Position numbers and translations under genes: made by a program
Notes under the pieces: generated by a model
Told to the model about the DNA's origin: nothing
Databases searched by the model: none
Seen by the model: only the letters and a program-made list of their open reading frames with translations
NCBI RefSeq assembly: GCF_009914755.1
Contig: NC_060930.1
Direction: 5' to 3' (one strand)
Length of the DNA stretch: 64,000 nucleotides
Origin: the human T2T-CHM13v2.0 reference genome, Homo sapiens
In this document: piece by piece, positions 15,701 through 27,845 of the stretch
How positions within the stretch are numbered: position 1 is the stretch's first letter
Layout of the letters: each line of letters begins with the position of its first letter

Positions 15701-17413
15701 GAGATATAGGTTAGCTGTGTGGTCTTCGTCTGAGAAAGTTAAAGGGTAATGGCCACATGGCACAGGGCAATTGAGATATCTGTAAACTCATTTCTGTCAT
15801 TGCTTTAGGGATACAAATCCTGTTGGCTTTATTGAATGTGGTAACTGCTGGTATATAATGAACATTAACCAGGTCTGCAGAAGTGACTGCCACCACTGAC
15901 TAGATGGCTCCCTTTGGAAATAGGTTACAACTTCCAGGGATCAGGGAAAGTGATGCCTGTTTAAGGAATGGGAACTTCATAGGTGGGTAAGACTCTGGAG
16001 ACTCTAGAAGCTAATAGTCATCCATTGGCAACTAATTCCTTGACATCTACAGACCACAGTCCCCTCATGGTTTAAAGTTCCTTATTCCTTTGGAATGAAA
16101 CTAATTGCAAATAAAACCCTAATAATTAAACGAGGAAGTACCCAAATGTTATACGTACTTTGCAAATGTATTGAGACCCACATCTAAAAAAAAAAATTTT
16201 GAAATGTATTTGAGATTTATGGTCATAGTCATAAAAAAAGAACCATTAAAGATTCTAAAAAACCATGACCTCCTTGTTCAGATTAAATTATCCATTTATC
16301 AGTCAGCTGATTAGGCAGTTCACCTTTCCCTGCCCCATCACAAGTGCTATGTACCAGCCCCAAAGACAAAGCTTTCCATGCCTGATGGTGCTAGAGCAAT
16401 AGATTGTCTCTTGAAAAGTAAATGATCACTATTTCCCCTTTTGCACCATTACCAAATAGCTCTTTTTGTAAAGTCTTCATTGCTAATTATTTTCCAAATG
16501 TCAGTATTGCTTACTCTTCCCTTTATTTTGTTCTTAAAGAGAAGATATAAGCAATTAGCTTAACACTTTATATATTAAAAAGTATAAAATGAACTTTATA
16601 CTGAATTCATGTCTTAATTCTGGTTGTTTTCCCATGGTAACACAGTCTACTTTTCAAAGGTCTCTGGCCTCTTCAGTTTATTTAGCTTTCATTGACTTGT
16701 TCATTCAACAAATGTTTCTCCCTCCACCATCTTAATTTTTACTTTACAAAATATCCTGTCCAAGAGAGTCTTGCTATGATTGGTAAATCATAAATGATAC
16801 TTCTTGTTCTTCCAATTATTCCAATGTAAACATTTCCAAACTGCTTTCATTTCCATTGATTTTCATACATTTTAATCCTTTCACCTTTTGCTCATTCTAA
16901 GTAATAGATTTTTCTTCCTTTGTATGCCCATGGTTAAATATTTTCTTTATTTGTTATATGTACCTTTTCTTTGCAAAATAATTATGGCTACAGTGTAATT
17001 ATGGTGTAATCATTGCATCCATTCTGTTCAATGATCCCTTTACTAAGTGGAATTACATCTCAAGTTAACACTCTTATCAAGTGCTAGTTTTCAAAGAACA
17101 AGCTAGGCAGTCTTGCTGAGTTTTCCTCAGCACTTGCCTGTTACAGAACAAAGCATTCCTACAGAATGAATCATTTACAAAAATCTGATAGCAACTCTGT
17201 CTGATAGGCAAATGAAAACTCTATATTTTAGTCATGTTGTAGACAAGAAAGAACAGTAAAACTGAACCTATTTTCAAAATATAGAAATTGAGTGACTTTT
17301 TAAAGATACATTAAATGGTTCACTTCTTAAGATTCAATTTTTAAAGATGTATTTGAATTGAGTTGAAATATTGACACCTCTTGCTCTTCTAATGACTGCT
17401 TTTTTCTTTTCAG

Positions 17414-17475
17414 ATATTTCGCTCTGAAGAAACATCATTAGAAATAAATAAATAAAATTAACATATAATACCTAC
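17414..17475 (+). other. Candidate short 3'-terminal exon of an unidentified + strand transcript
   Basis: Branch-like ttctaat, then the tract ttttttcttttcag as acceptor (AG at 17412-17413), three overlapping AATAAA (17443-17456) and a U/GU-rich downstream region. Confidence 0.35.
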
Positions 17476-17599
17476 TTTACCTTTGGTTTTTATTTTTATT
17501 TTGAGGATTTATTTTTATTTTGAGTATTATTTTTACATTAAGGTTATCACCTCAAATCCTTTTTTAAAAATAGTCAGCATAAACTAGTCAATAAATAGG

Positions 17600-17850
17600 A
17601 TAATGTCTTTATTAGCAATATTTATTTTTAAGCTCTTATGTACTAGGCAACTTGCTATAGGCTTTACATGGATCATCTCCTTTAATCTGCAGACAAAATG
17701 ATGTTGGTCCTATTATTATCCTCCTTTTACAGATGAGCTAACAGGTTTTTAAAAGGTTAAATGACTTCCCAAAGTCACACAACCATTGTGATTATAGCAT
17801 CAATAATAAGTGACCTCATTCAAACCCACATGCTGATGAGGTCTGTGAAC
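17600..17850 (-). mobile_element. MIR
   Basis: ttttacagatgagctaac...aggttaaatgacttcccaaagtcacaca. Confidence 0.8.
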
Positions 17851-19486
17851 TTTCAAGTTATATAAGTTAAATTCCTTTTCCAAGGGTCATGATGGGAAAA
17901 TCAGAATCTCTTACCTTAAAGTCACTGAGACATGGGAAGCTCACATTGTGTGCATACTTCAGTATCCAACACAAAGGGTGCAACATGCCCAGAAGGGCTT
18001 TTGAGGGATCAAACCATGGACAAGATAGATGAGAACTTTAAATCCATCTCAGTCTCTATCTATAGTCCATTGATACCACCTGACTGCTGTATTATCATTT
18101 TTCATTATAACCAAAAGGTTTTCTAATAATTAGATTACAAATAAAAAAGACTGACCATAATTTTGCAAGCTTCAAACCAACACCATCTTGATTTGCTGAG
18201 TGTCAAAAACGAGCCACAAAAATATCATACACATGAATGTGTACGTATCTTTATATAGGTATGTATGTATCATATATTGTATATGTCATATATATAAAGA
18301 CAAACATAATTTATTAGTTTGCACACCTTTAAAGAACATGAGCTATATGCTGTTATCATGAAATGTGTGTTGGTTTGTCTTTTAGTGTGAATTCCTTCAT
18401 TCAATATGACCTAAATGTATAATATTTTTGGATAATCCTATGTTTTGTTCAGGGAATCACCACGTATGTCACAGGAATTATCTCTGCTCAAAGAAATCAA
18501 AAGCAATAAACATCAAAACCCAGTAAGACTCAATGTAATGTCTTTCTTCAGATTCTGAAGAGGCTACAGGATTTTGCACTGTCTCAGGCTTATAATACTG
18601 ATTAATATCATCATTTCCTCAATGAATCACAATTATGCCAATTAATAGGAATTTCCAGGTAACAAGATGCTGATAACAGACATTTTGTTATTTACACACA
18701 CACAGCATCCACAAATAAAGGGGGTAGTTTAAGCTCCAATTCTCCAGCAAAGGCTCAGTAAAATAACTCACATTATTTGTAGCCTTATTGCCCATAAAAC
18801 TTCCAACAGCTGAATAAATATCTGAGTTCTACCCTGTCTTTGTTTCAATTTACTTGCATACCTGTGAGGCCCTTTCCACTGCCCCAGATAGAAGCCAGGA
18901 GCCCAGTTCCCAGTGGTGTTAATAGGAGTTGAGTAATTAATTTCCAGCATGCTGCATGTAAAAGTACCCTTATGTGTCAGGCTCCAAAAGCATAATACAA
19001 AATGGAATAAATACCAGTTTTATATGGAATCTGTCATATACAAATTATCCCAAAGAGCTTTACAAACAATGAATTTGACACTGATACTTCAGGGATGGTG
19101 TAAACAAATGCAGCAGCCATTGAGTGCTCAGCGATAACTCACACAAAGTCCTCCTTGAAATGTCAGAATGCATATACCTTCACCAGGATTCTTTCCCAAA
19201 ACATAGTGTCTGCTTATGAGCTTGCTGTCAATCACAGAACTCCACTCACACTTAGTAGAAGGGAAGTGAAAATTCCTTAAAGAACTGATAATAATTTGCA
19301 CAGGAATTTCCCAAGGGGAAACAGTTTACCAAAGTTAAATCAGTTTACTTGGTGCCAGGTTACTAGACCCATTTCAACAAGAAATGAGATCACTACTGGG
19401 TAGGTTTAAATATGACTCTTCATACCTACCCCATCCCCAGTGTCCCCATGTTGCTTCATCCCCACACACACCTAAATACCAGTTTT

Positions 19487-20027
19487 TGTTTGCTTGCTTT
19501 AGTTTTTTTATTTTTTAAAGAAACATCTTTATTGAGATATAACTCACATATCAAAAAATTCACCCATTTAAACCTTTAAAACCCCATTGGTTATTGTTTA
19601 CAGAGTTGTGCGACCATCACCAAAATCAATTTTACAACATTTTCATAACTCGAAAAACAAACTCATTACCCTTGATATTCATTTCCCAGTCTCTCCCCAC
19701 CCTATCCATCCTCTCCCCACCATCCCATGGCTCAAGGCAATCACTTAGCTACTTTCTGTCTCTAAATACTTGTCTGTTTTGGACATTTAAAAAGAACAAA
19801 ATCCTGTCATTTGCAACAACATAGATGAACCTGGAGAATATTAGGTGAAATAAGCCAGCATGGGAAGACAAATACCACATGATCTCACTGATATGTGGAA
19901 TCGAAAGAAGTTGATCTCATCGAAGTAGAGAGTAGAATGTTGTCTACCAGAGGAGAGGAGAGGAGAGGACAAAGAGATGTTGGTCAAAGAATATATTATT
20001 ATAGTGAAGAGGAGCATAAAAAATAAA
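19487..20027. mobile_element. Composite L1: L1MB-like 3' end (-, ~19487-19788) joined to an L1MA-like 3' region (+, ~19789-20027), with a 14-bp TSD
   Basis: taaataccagtttt at 19473-19486 and 20028-20041; subfamily-diagnostic 3'UTR text in each half. Confidence 0.8.
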
Positions 20028-21219
20028 TAAATACCAGTTTTGAACAACCAAAGAGTGTTTACTTCAACATTTAACTCACACTCAGCATGTTCCCTGTCCT
20101 CAATTTCTTGTTATTCACTCATTTTATGAGTCGTATACATGTCTTCCTCATCAAATTAGTAGTTTCATAAGAAATCATGTGTAATCTTTGCAGCCACCCC
20201 CGCCTCACTCCCCTTACCAACAGCATCTCCCCAAGACCCACAGAGCTGTTGACACCTTGATAACAAGTTCTCAATAAAACCTGACTGAATTAATATAGTG
20301 AGGTTACTCCAGAGCATATACATCAAAAGGAAGAAAGTTAAATTTTTTATCTTTAGCCTTACAGAATCTATGTCTAAATCGCTACAAAAATGAAGAGTTA
20401 TTTTAAATGTTAGTGGAAAGAACAATCCTTTCCAACAATCCACTTAGTAACTTCCAGGTATCCCTCATCAAAATTTCTGTGAGTTCCTTTGTGTCCACAG
20501 TAAGCTGGTTCTGATGGAATAGCATGAAAAGTAGAATTTCAAATCATGATTGTTGCCTTAGGAAGTTCCTCCAAAGTATTATTAGCAGCAACAGCCATAC
20601 AGTGTCCGCTTAGAATGAGGGACCAGTACTGACAGGCTTCTTGATATCACTCTTTGCTTGACAGTTTCAAAAAAGTAAAGGAAAAGGACAAATTTTCTTT
20701 TCCCTTTGGGTTTTTTTTAGAAATGGTCCTTAGGTCACCTGAGGTCTCAGGCCACCTCACACCAGTGCTGATGTACTTGCAGCATTTTTTAATGTCAGAA
20801 ATCAATATGGACATAGAGCAGCTGGGTAAATTATTGTCCCAGCTCCTGCCCAACCTCTCCTCTCCATACCTTGCTCTCCTCTGCAAAGGGAGGCTCACTA
20901 AGGAGTACCTTCTAAGTGCAAGAGCCTCCTCCTCATCTATTTCCAGAGAGGTTCATCTGGGGTACTGGGCACTGCTTACTCTGCCCATCCGTCCCCTACC
21001 TCCACTTCTTTCAAGGCTCCAGAAGCTCAGACCTTAATTTATTTTGCCTTTAAACTACACTATGACCCTATTCTCCACTTCCCTGAGCCAGGTCCTCCGT
21101 TCTCTTTTCTGGTGTTCATGGCTGAAAGACCCACAGCCATTATGAAACTCATTTATGGGCCAAAATCTTACTATGCTCCCCTGATTAAGGGACCACATTT
21201 TGTCTTCTCCTCTGATGAT

Positions 21220-21445
21220 AAAATACAGTAGAGTAGTCTCTGGAGCTAGATTGCCCAGGTTCAAATACTGTCTGTACTACTCAAGTTGTATGACCTCGAG
21301 CAAGGTAACAGTCACAGTGCTTCATCTTTAAGTAGGGATAATAAGAGTACCTACCTCATATTTCTTTTACTTGAATAAATTGGGTTAATATATATAAAGT
21401 GCATTTGGCACATAGAAGCACTATATATGTGTCAATTATTTGGTT
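21220..21445 (+). mobile_element. MIR
   Basis: ctctggagctagattgcccaggttcaaat...gataataagagtacctacctcata. Confidence 0.8.
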
Positions 21446-21447
21446 AT

Positions 21448-21811
21448 TGATATGGTTTGGCTGTGTCCCTGCCCAAATTTCATCTTGAACTGTAGCTCCC
21501 ATAATCCCCACATGTCATGGGAGGGACCCAGTGGGAGGTAATTGAATCATGAGGCCAGGCTTTTCTCATGCTGTTCTCATGGTAGTGAATAAGTCTAACA
21601 AGATCTGATGGTTTTATAAAGGGCAGTTCCCCTGCACATGCTCTCTTGCCTGCCACCATGTAAGACGTGCCTTTGCTCCTCTTTCGCCTTCTGCTATGAT
21701 TGTGAGGCCTCCCCAGCCATGTGGAACTGTGAGTCAATTAAACCTCTTTCCCTTATAAATTATCCAGTCTCCAGTACGTCTTTATTAGCAGCATGAGAAG
21801 GGACTAATACT
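21448..21811 (+). mobile_element. THE1 (MaLR) solo LTR with 5-bp TSD gttat
   Basis: tgatatggtttggctgtgtcc...gactaatac; gttat at 21443-21447 and 21812-21816. Confidence 0.95.
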
Positions 21812-21819
21812 GTTATTGT

Positions 21820-22250
21820 CACTGAATTACTTAGACTATGCCAGAAACTGTAACAGGAAAAATCTGAAATCTCAGGGATTTGGCATAATAGAAATTCATG
21901 TCTTGTGCTTACAAAGTCCTGCTGGGTATTCTGATCAGTGCAGTGGATTTCTTCCTTGTGGTGATCCAATGACCCAGTACCTTTCTTCTGGTGACTGTCA
22001 TTCCCTAGGGAATTAAAGTCCACTGTCAGATCTTCTTGTTTGACCAGAAGACCAGGAAAGAGAGCAAGCAATGAGCAAGGAGGATTGGGAAGGCATTGTT
22101 TATGGGCCTGTCCTGTCAGGGGCAGACCCCACTCCCTCGCACAGCCCAACAGCCAGTGCAGTCATGGGACCACACTTAACTGCAGGAGAGCTTTTGTCTA
22201 GTTGTGTGCTCAGGAGAAAGAAGGCAGGTCAGTTTAGTCTCTGTCACAAC
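21820..22250. mobile_element. Old MLT1 (MaLR) LTR
   Basis: tgtggtgatccaatgacccag...gtcatgggaccacacttaactgcagg. Confidence 0.6.
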
Positions 22251-23234
22251 CATCTGATGACCCTCAAGGGAAATTGTTTCTGCGCAAACCTCAGGCCTAA
22301 TTTAAGACTGAAGCAATTTAGACTCTAATTAACTCACTTTAAGTTATCAACTATTTATATTATCTCTTATCAACCATAACCTGTCCTCTCTAATTTCCTT
22401 ATCATTATCTGCATGGAGCAATAAGGTCTCCAAGGTGGGATGGTTGCAGGACTGAAGAGCTGAGAGGGAGAGACTTAGGTTTCCAGATTGATTATTTCTT
22501 TGTCATTGGGAATGGTAGAAAAAAAGGAGTCACTAATCCCAGCCCAGCTCCCTCACTGAGGAGTCCTGACACACTGTCTTCAGCCCTCTTTTGGAGAGTC
22601 AAGTGGAACTCAAGCAGCCTCTCTCTGCCAGGCCAGGAACAGAACCATCTCTCTGTGGTCAAGAACCCCTTTCCCTGTCTCCCTCTGGGTCTGGAGCTTC
22701 TGCTGACCTGAGGACCCCCTTTTTATCTTGAGATAAAAATCACTGTATAAAAGAGATCCTCTGCCAAATTTCCACTTCTTTTTGAAGGTCAATGGTTTTA
22801 TGCTCAAAAATCAAGGACACAATTTTCATATCCCTGCCCCTAAATTCAGAAATGACTTTGTGCATTAAGTATTTATTTTTTCCATCACCAAGCCCATCCT
22901 TTCATCTCTCAATGAGATTAGAGAAGTTTTCATTGTTCTTTTCTTCCACTTTACTGCATAAATTTGAATGTAATTCTGTCCAAACTTTCTTGTTACCTTG
23001 ATGTTACCTTACATACATGTAAATTTGATAATAAATTGTTCTATAATAAAACATTTTTTAAAAGAATTTAAGATTTCTAAATTTCAATCCAAGGCTTGGT
23101 CCGATGCCTGCCATTGGTGAAATGTTTCTGTTGCCCAAAATCTCAAATCATTAGAGACCCACGAGGCTTGGCTTCGATATTACATAAGTTATTGGCTTAG
23201 TTAGACTTTCTCCTTGTGGCTGCTTTCTTCAAGC

Positions 23235-23470
23235 AATATAATGTAGGAGTTAAGAGTGCAGTCTTGGAACCAGACTGCTTAGGTCCCTATTTAGGTTCTG
23301 TCAATTGTATGACCTTTGGCCAGGTTACTTAGTGTTCACATGCCTCTGTTTTTATCATATATAATTGGAATAGCAATAATATCTATCTTGTGAGGTTGTC
23401 GTAAACATTAAGTGAAGTAATACACATACAGTGCATACAACAGGGTATGGCACAAAGTATGTATTCACCA
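23235..23470 (+). mobile_element. MIR
   Basis: gttaagagtgcagtcttggaaccagactgc...tgacctttggccaggttactt. Confidence 0.8.
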
Positions 23471-24868
23471 TTATAATTGCAAGCTAGACATAGTTCCCCT
23501 AAAACAAAAATTGCCAACCTTTAAGCTATGAATGGATATGCTGGGGTTATAGGTCTCCTCAGTCTTCAGAGAGAATGGGCAAGACCTTCATCGTCTCCTG
23601 CTATGAGCAGCCTCAGTACTTCACCTCAAAGGGCTATATACAAATATCATTTTTTATGTGCCATGATGTGACAAAGCAAGAAAACACTGCCATATAAATT
23701 TCTAAAGAGAAATCATGATCCAAAGAGGAGCTCTTATTCTACTGAAGTTGAAAGAGGAAAAGCAAGAATATACTCAACCCAATTTTCTACCACATTAAGG
23801 CCATCAACTTCTGACTGAGGTTTCTGAGAAATCTTTTACAGAGAAACATATTGCACTAGAAGACAGAAGACCAGAGGATGCCAGATTTCTAAGCACAGGA
23901 ATGAAAATTTCTACAAGGACCCTTAACTAGGAATTCTGGACAGTGCCTGACAAAGGAAAACTTTTCTATTCCCAGGACCCCAGAATTCCCCCAAGCATGG
24001 TTGTGATTCCCATAGGAACACCCAGTTCTCACTCTACTATGTATGCTTGGGGAAGTCTGACTCTCCTAATCTTGGAATCTGTGTTCTAAGTGGCATCTCT
24101 ATGATCACACTGGGAGTTATGTCCTCTGAGTCCCCAGCCTTGTCTGGTTCCCAAAACCATTCATGGAGAAGACAAATTCAGGCAGTGTCTCTCTAGCCAC
24201 ACATATGACAACATCAAAAATCAAAACGTATGTACACAAACTGTGTCTATACTTGTGGCTTTTGGAGACAGTAATGTTAAAACTTCTACAACAAAATCAG
24301 AAATTTTACCAGACACCCAGAAGTCACTCCAGCATTGGTACAAAGCTAAATTCTGACTTCTTTTAGGTCGCCTTAAATTAGCCCTCCTTCAAGTCATCCC
24401 AGGACAAAATAAGTGATTAATATGGCACTTGTCTCAAGTCCACTATGCAAAAACATATATAGCTTGAAACAACAATCATAACACTTTGTTTTATTTAAAA
24501 CTATCCAATGTTAATGACGGTTTCACATATTTGACCCTAAAAAAAAATTATTCCATTTTACTTTTTTCATTCTAAGGTCTCTCCCAGTGTTAGGCCCTCC
24601 TAATCATAATAGGGCTTAATTTGGTGGGGGCAATGTTGACCCTTGCTGGAGTCCAAACACCAAAAAGGATTTGTTCTCATATTATACACAACCAGATATG
24701 ATAATTTAAAAAGCTAGTATTTCCTGAACTCTTAATGTATGCCAAGAAAATGCCTCCAATGATTCTCGCATTTCCTCACTGAGATGAAAACAAGGTGTCC
24801 TTTGAAAGACAAAGGTATTCACATTTTCACAATTTAGCTCCTTGAAACTTCCTTGAAATGCCTTACTA

Positions 24869-25124
24869 TCCTAGAGACTAGGAAGTAAGTCCTAATGGAG
24901 TGACAATGATACATCACTAATGCAAAGACCTCTAGTGGTCTCTTATAAACTTGTTTGATTCTCTTTAAGGACTGTGAAATAAAAAAAATCAAGTGATTTT
25001 GCTAAAAAAAAAAAAAAGCAACAACACTTGGAGAACACAATAAGGGACATTCTATAATGATAAAACAATCAGTCTACCAGAAAATATCACAATCCTAAAT
25101 ATATATGCAACAAATAAAAAAAAA
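24869..25124 (+). other. TSD-flanked retroposed insert: unknown polyadenylated 3' end + A14 + L1 EN fragment + A tail
   Basis: Exact 14-bp TSD gaaatgccttacta at 24855-24868 and 25125-25138. AATAAA at 24978-24983 lies 20 nt before the A14 at 25004-25017. About 25042-25110 encodes KGHSIMIKQSVYQ-NITILNIYA, which is L1 EN-like. Confidence 0.75.
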
Positions 25125-25170
25125 GAAATGCCTTACTAATCTTTGAATCCCTGATAACACATAGTAGGCA

Positions 25171-26571
25171 CAGGTGTACCTGGGAGACACGGCAGGCTCA
25201 GTTCCAGACCACTGCAATATAGCAAATAACAACAACAAAGCAAGTCATACCATTTTCTTGGTCACCTAAGGCATATAAAAGATATGTTTCCACTATATTG
25301 TAGTCTATTGAGTGTGCAATAGTATTATGTCTAAAAACAATATGTACCTTAATTTAAAACTACTTTACTACAGCCAGGTATGATGGTACACGCCTGTAGT
25401 ACCAGCTACTTGGGAGGCTGAAGGGGGAGGATCACTTCAGCTCAGGAGTTCAAGACTGTGGTGAGCTGTGATCATGGTGCAGCACTCCAACCTGGGCAAC
25501 ACAGTGAGACCTTGTCTCTAAAAAAACATTTTTTTAACTATAATGCTTAAAATGCTAATGGTCACTGGAAGTTTGCTGCATTGAGTGACTCTTCCTTCCA
25601 GGACAGATTTCTCTCTAGCATACAATGCTGTTTGGTAGCATTTTACCCACAGTAGAACTTTTCTCAAAAATGGAATCAATCCTCCCAGACCCTGCCACTG
25701 CTTTATCATCTACATTTATATAATATTTCCAATCCTTTGTTTTCATCTCAACAATGTTCACAGCATCTTCACAGGAGATGACTCCATCTCAAGAAATCTC
25801 CTTTTTTTTGCCCATTCATAAGAAGCAACTGCTCATCTGTTCAAGTTTCATCATGAGATTGTAGCAATTAAGTCATATCTTGAGGCTCCACTTCTACTTC
25901 TAGTTCCTCTTGCTATTTCTACCACATCTACAGTTGTTTTCTCCACTAAATTTTTGATTTCTTCGAAGTCATCTATGACGGCTGGAATCAACTTCTACCA
26001 AACTCCTGTTAATGTTGATACTTTGACCTCTTCCCATGAATCACGAATGTTCTTAATGCTATCTAGAACAGTGAATCCTTTCCAGAAGGTTTTCAACTTA
26101 CATTGCTCAGATCCATCAGAAGAATCACTATTTATGGCAATTATAGTCTTATGAAATGTATTTCTTAAATAATAAGACCTGAAATTCAACACTACTCCTT
26201 GATCCATGAGCTACAAAATGGATATTGTGTTAGCAGGAATGAGAACGTTAATCTCCTGGCAAATCTCCATCAGAGCTCTTGGTTGACCAGGTGCATTGTT
26301 AATGAGTGCAATATTATGAAAAGAATTTTTATTTCTGAGCAGTAGTTCTCAATAGTGAGCTTAAAATTTCCATCAAACCATGCTGTAAACAGATGTGCTA
26401 TCATCCAGGCTTTGTTGTTTCGGTTACAGAGTACATGAAGTAAGCTCATGCTGTTGGAAAAATGACACCAATAGACTTGTTCAACATAGGTTTGCTACAA
26501 ACCTTCAATTTGTAAAAAACAAACAAAAAAATGCAGTAGAAAATAAAGTGCAGTAAAACAAGGCATGCCTA
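25171..26571 (-). mobile_element. Internally deleted Tigger1 (TcMar-Tigger) with both termini
   Basis: Termini caggtgtacctgggagac...gttccagaccac and gtaaaacaaggcatgcct; transposase-like ORF piece at 25995-26207 (LKTFWKGFTVLDSIKNIRDSWEEVK). Confidence 0.93.
25372..25526 (+). mobile_element. FRAM (free right Alu monomer) nested in Tigger1
   Basis: Single right-arm monomer: cctgtagtaccagctacttgggagg...gtgagaccttgtctctaaaaaaa. Confidence 0.85.
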
Positions 26572-27619
26572 TATTGAATAAGATTTTGATAAATTAAATA
26601 TTTAAATTTTTTCTTTAATCATTAGTATATGCTCTGAGGTCTTGGAAAACTAAAACGCATTGATATTTCGCACTTCAGAGTTGATGAGAATGACAACCAA
26701 TACATATATAGCTTCAAATAATAGGGTGTCAGTTTATACACAAATAAAACCATTTCTTCTCCATTATGTTAATTCCAATTTAATGCCAATAACTCATATA
26801 GTTCATTAGTTCAAAAGTTTTAAGATGTATAAAAATGCATTGTAAATTTCATCTGTCAATTTTTATACAGAATACAATAATTTTGCATTCATATTGGGAT
26901 GAATGATTTACTCAAAGCTGCTGTATTTAATCACATAATCAGAAAAGTGAATGTACTTTACCAGTTTATCATCTAGTACTTTTACATTAGAATATTCAAT
27001 CAGATCCACCTTAAAAATGTATCTAATACTTTTTGTTTTTAACCTTTGTAGTTCCAAGGAAATATGTTTTAAATTATCATTTTAATAACTTAATGGGTTT
27101 GATAATTTGTGTCCGAGTGATGTTTAGTTGCCAATTTCACACAAGCATGCTTAATGTTCAGTAATGCTGTGGTTACCATGGGCAAATCAGAGAGATTTAA
27201 TTTACCTACTTTAACTTATCTCTTGGTGTTTTAAATTCTTGTTTATATTTTGCAAGTCACTCCTTAAAGTCTCTTAAAAAGTCTCTTAAAGTCTCTTTTG
27301 TGCATAATCTTTTGCACACAATCATTCTAATATGTTTAGAATTTACACACTACTGTTGTTTGAATGGATATAATGGTATCACCAGATAATGACTGAAGGC
27401 AAAATTAATTTCATCATTATTTGCAATGGAGTATTTACCATCATTTGCAGATTTTTATGGATTCAGTGAAAATGTTTATATTGCTATTTTTTGTAGGTCA
27501 GAAACAATCTAATGTTAGAATTTTCATATGATTTGATCTAATTTACAAGCACACACTCTAAAACTACAGCAGCTAAATTTTAAAATTCAATAAACATGTT
27601 TTCTGAGAGGTTGCATTAT

Positions 27620-27845
27620 ATAGCAGAAAGAGTATAAATTGAGTTAATCACAGATGGTTTGGATCCTGGTTCTGCCTACATACTACTCTGTGACCTTGCA
27701 AAAATTCTTAATTACTCTGAGCCATTAATTTTCTTGCCTATCAAGCAGCAATCCCTACCTGGAAGGTTATCATAAGGATTAAATAAGAAAACACATATAA
27801 AGCAAGCACAGTGCCTGGCACTGAGAACTCATTCAACAAATATTT
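27620..27845 (+). mobile_element. MIR
   Basis: ctgtgaccttgcaaaaattcttaattactctgagcc...ggattaaataaga...cagtgcctggcac. Confidence 0.8.

Noticed and set aside
20654-21037. 127-aa ORF in unique sequence
   Set aside because: TTG start, no domain or splice support; expected by chance.
27172-27186. RFX X-box-like gttaccatgggcaaa
   Set aside because: A single imperfect motif with no independent support.
27262-27297. Short tandem duplications (also ~36040, ~37855, ~40577, ~52180, ~63822) as CRISPR-like or functional arrays
   Set aside because: Two or three adjacent copies without unique spacers; ordinary slippage in eukaryotic DNA.
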